From: Podarcis gaigeae
Lineage: Eukaryota
NCBI GenBank assembly: GCA_964106915.2
Contig: OZ066916.1
Direction: 5' to 3' (one strand)
Length of the DNA stretch: 64,000 bases
Shown: positions 61,780-64,000 of the stretch, piece by piece
Position numbering within the stretch: the stretch's first letter is position 1
Layout of the letters: each line of letters opens with the position of its first letter
Notes under the pieces: model-generated
What the model was told of the DNA's origin: nothing
The model's database searches: none
What the model saw: only the letters and a program-made list of their open reading frames with translations
Program-made: the position numbers and the translations under genes

Positions 61780-62789
61780 CTTCAGAAAATCCCTGCTCAT
61801 TCACACAGAGTGGCTAGCCAATTGCCCTGGAAAGAAACAAGGGAAGGCACCTGGGCCGGAAGCAAAGACATACAAGACCTCAAAGGGTGCACAAAGAACA
61901 ACATATCAAACGACACGTGGGACTTTTTTAGAGGCAACTGACTCACTTTTCAAGGATGCCTAGGGTGATAGGATAACAGTCAGATGCCCTCACTATTCAC
62001 TTCCAATGGATGTTTTATCTCAGTATTTTTCTCCTTGGTTTTTTTACACCTGTCCCTAAACTATGGTTCTTGGGAAAAGCAAAGAGCAAAAGTGCTAGAG
62101 TTGTGCCTTGTTGTTCTGTGTAAGATTTAGCTGAGCTACAAGATCTAATGATTGTTACTGTGTAGAATCAGGCAGCTAGATGCAGACAGTGTGGGCAGCT
62201 CAATGCCCCCCTCACTATACAGGACACTGAGCAATGGTCTTCCAATTCGCTGCAAAATTATACAACCCATTTCATTGTTTTCTCCAGATGGAGGGTTTTT
62301 TAAAACATGTTTGTTTCCCAGCTGAGATTCACTTCTAAGAACTGGATCATGAGGAAGAGGAAATCAGTAAAAATCAAGAAGAGGTCTTAATTTATTAAAA
62401 CCTTGCATGAAACCATGACACGTTAGGCTGGTTTGCAGTGAAGTGTACAGAAGTATTGTCCTCCTTCCTAGCCATGCCATAGGATGCGACCAATCATTTT
62501 TATTCCACATCCAAAGTGCACTTAATTGCCAATTAATCTTATTGAACTTAGCATTTTAAAATTGATTTCTCTTTAATCCTGAGGGAAAATAATAATTAGA
62601 AGGATATCAAGCAGTGGATGATACAGCTTCTAAACAATTATCAGCTCCTAAACTGCTGCTGTTGCTGAGATTTTCTACTACATCTGACTGGCTGCTGACA
62701 GAGGGTCATTTCTGTTAGCAGCATGCAGCGTACTGTAGCTTGCTTGAATCAAATTTGTTTTTTCCAGTGGAGCACACAAGTCCTTTTTT

Positions 62790-62892
62790 ATTTTTTTTGC
62801 AAAAAAAGCAGTTAAGAATCTTGAGACACCTTATAGGTGAGACATCAATCTATTGTGCCATAAGCTTTCATGGACCAACTTGGCCAGATGCA
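62790..62892 (-). mobile_element. Degenerate Penelope pseudo-LTR fragment
   Basis: Minus strand tgcatctg...gtccatgaaagcttatggcacaata...aaggtgtctcaagattct; the hammerhead core is partly deleted. Confidence 0.55.
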
Positions 62893-63309
62893 ATTTCTCT
62901 CTCATACACTCCTTTGTACAAGTACTTGCACTGTTGAAAAGCACTTTCTTCTGCATTTAAAGGTGCAATCAAGCTTCAAACTAACCTTCTTCCAAAAGAA
63001 GAGCTTGTTTTTATTATTTTATTATTAATTTTTATAATATATCTGTGCCAGAATGGCTTCTAAGCAGTTTGCAGCTATAAAAATGCATACGTAATTAAAA
63101 TAGACAACAGAACCTTAAAATAGCATGGATTAAAATATACAGCAAAACATGGCAGCTAAGAAGCACAACAGTTAAAAAAAACAGGGGGGAAACCAGTTTA
63201 AATTGTTCAAAGTTCAAATTCAGGGGAATAGTCGCCAGTTAAAAAGCATAACAATTAAACAGTCAAAAAGAAGAAGTTAAAACTGTTCAAAGTTCAAACT
63301 CAGGGGAAT

Positions 63310-63720
63310 CGTTGTCTAAACAGGTGTGTCTTCAGAAGCTGGTTGACTGCCAATACTGTTGGAGCTTCATGTATTTCAGCAGGGAGGGCATTCCACAAAA
63401 CTGGTGTCACCAGTGAAGAAGCCTGCCTCTGTTATCACAAGCTGATAATCATCAGGCCATGGCAAAACTGACTGGGTTGCAATTGCTGATTGTAATGACC
63501 TTAATGGGCAATGGAGCAGAAAGTATTTCTTGAAATAGCCTGGTCTGGATTTATTCAGGGCTTTGAATGTTAGTAGCAGAACCTGAAAACTGGCTCCATG
63601 GCCAACAGGAAGCCTGTGCAGACCCCTCAGCATTGCCGTGATATGTTCAGGATGGAGCCCCACTCACCCTAAGTGTTCTACGCCAGCTGCAGCCTTCAGA
63701 GCAGCTGCAAGGGAAGTCTG
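63310..63720 (-). mobile_element. Degenerate L2 LINE 3' fragment
   Basis: HITAMLRGLHRLPV...FQVLLLTFKALN resembles HIHPVLYQLHWLLV...FKVLVLTFKALY of the young L2. Confidence 0.75.
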
Positions 63721-64000
63721 ATGTAGAACACATTGCAGGCACTGACCCACTTGTGTGTGACCGACGCACATGTGACCGCTGATGGGTGTGCCAGTTTTGG
63801 TGCTGCAAGGGGTGGCAGTGGAGCAGAATGGGGCAGAGAGGGGACAGAACAGAATTTTCATGATGATGATGATGAAGAAGAAAGGACTGAATAGTTGTGG
63901 GCTTCTGTGTGTGTTTCACCACAGTTGCTTGCTCTGGCTAGTTATCCTCAAGACGGACTGATTCACCCAACATAAATTTTTTACTCAGCGCCAATATTTA

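Noticed and set aside
1-64000. CRISPR arrays, rRNA genes or prokaryotic operons
   Set aside because: The sequence is intron-containing vertebrate DNA; no regularly spaced repeat-spacer array or rRNA motif was seen.

Overview
This is vertebrate genomic DNA, most likely from a squamate (lacertid-type lizard), judged from Sauria SINEs, tRNA-derived SINEs and L2, RTE, Penelope and Mag-type Gypsy repeats. The left end holds the 5' part of AHI1 (Jouberin) on the minus strand: three coding exons (start [18 protein letters not shown]...), a candidate 24-nt UTR microexon, and a CpG-island promoter at about 9.45-10.8 kb with motifs typical of bidirectional promoters. The remaining ~53 kb is repeat-rich sequence upstream of AHI1. 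It includes a young full-length Gypsy LTR element (349-bp LTRs differing at 1 site, tRNA-Ser PBS) carrying a nested Sauria SINE with a 61-bp target duplication. It also has a 5'-truncated L2 with an open RT frame, a decayed RTE LINE with two nested insertions, a Penelope fragment with a minimal hammerhead ribozyme, solo LTRs and many MITEs. The most novel candidates are (i) a 1.08-kb L1-like mini-retroelement with its own YY1-type promoter and a ~142-aa repairable ORF, and (ii) a chain of phase-compatible plus-strand exons at 12.2-17.2 kb that may be a decayed gene or lncRNA divergent from AHI1. All family assignments come from recalled sequence motifs, not database searches.
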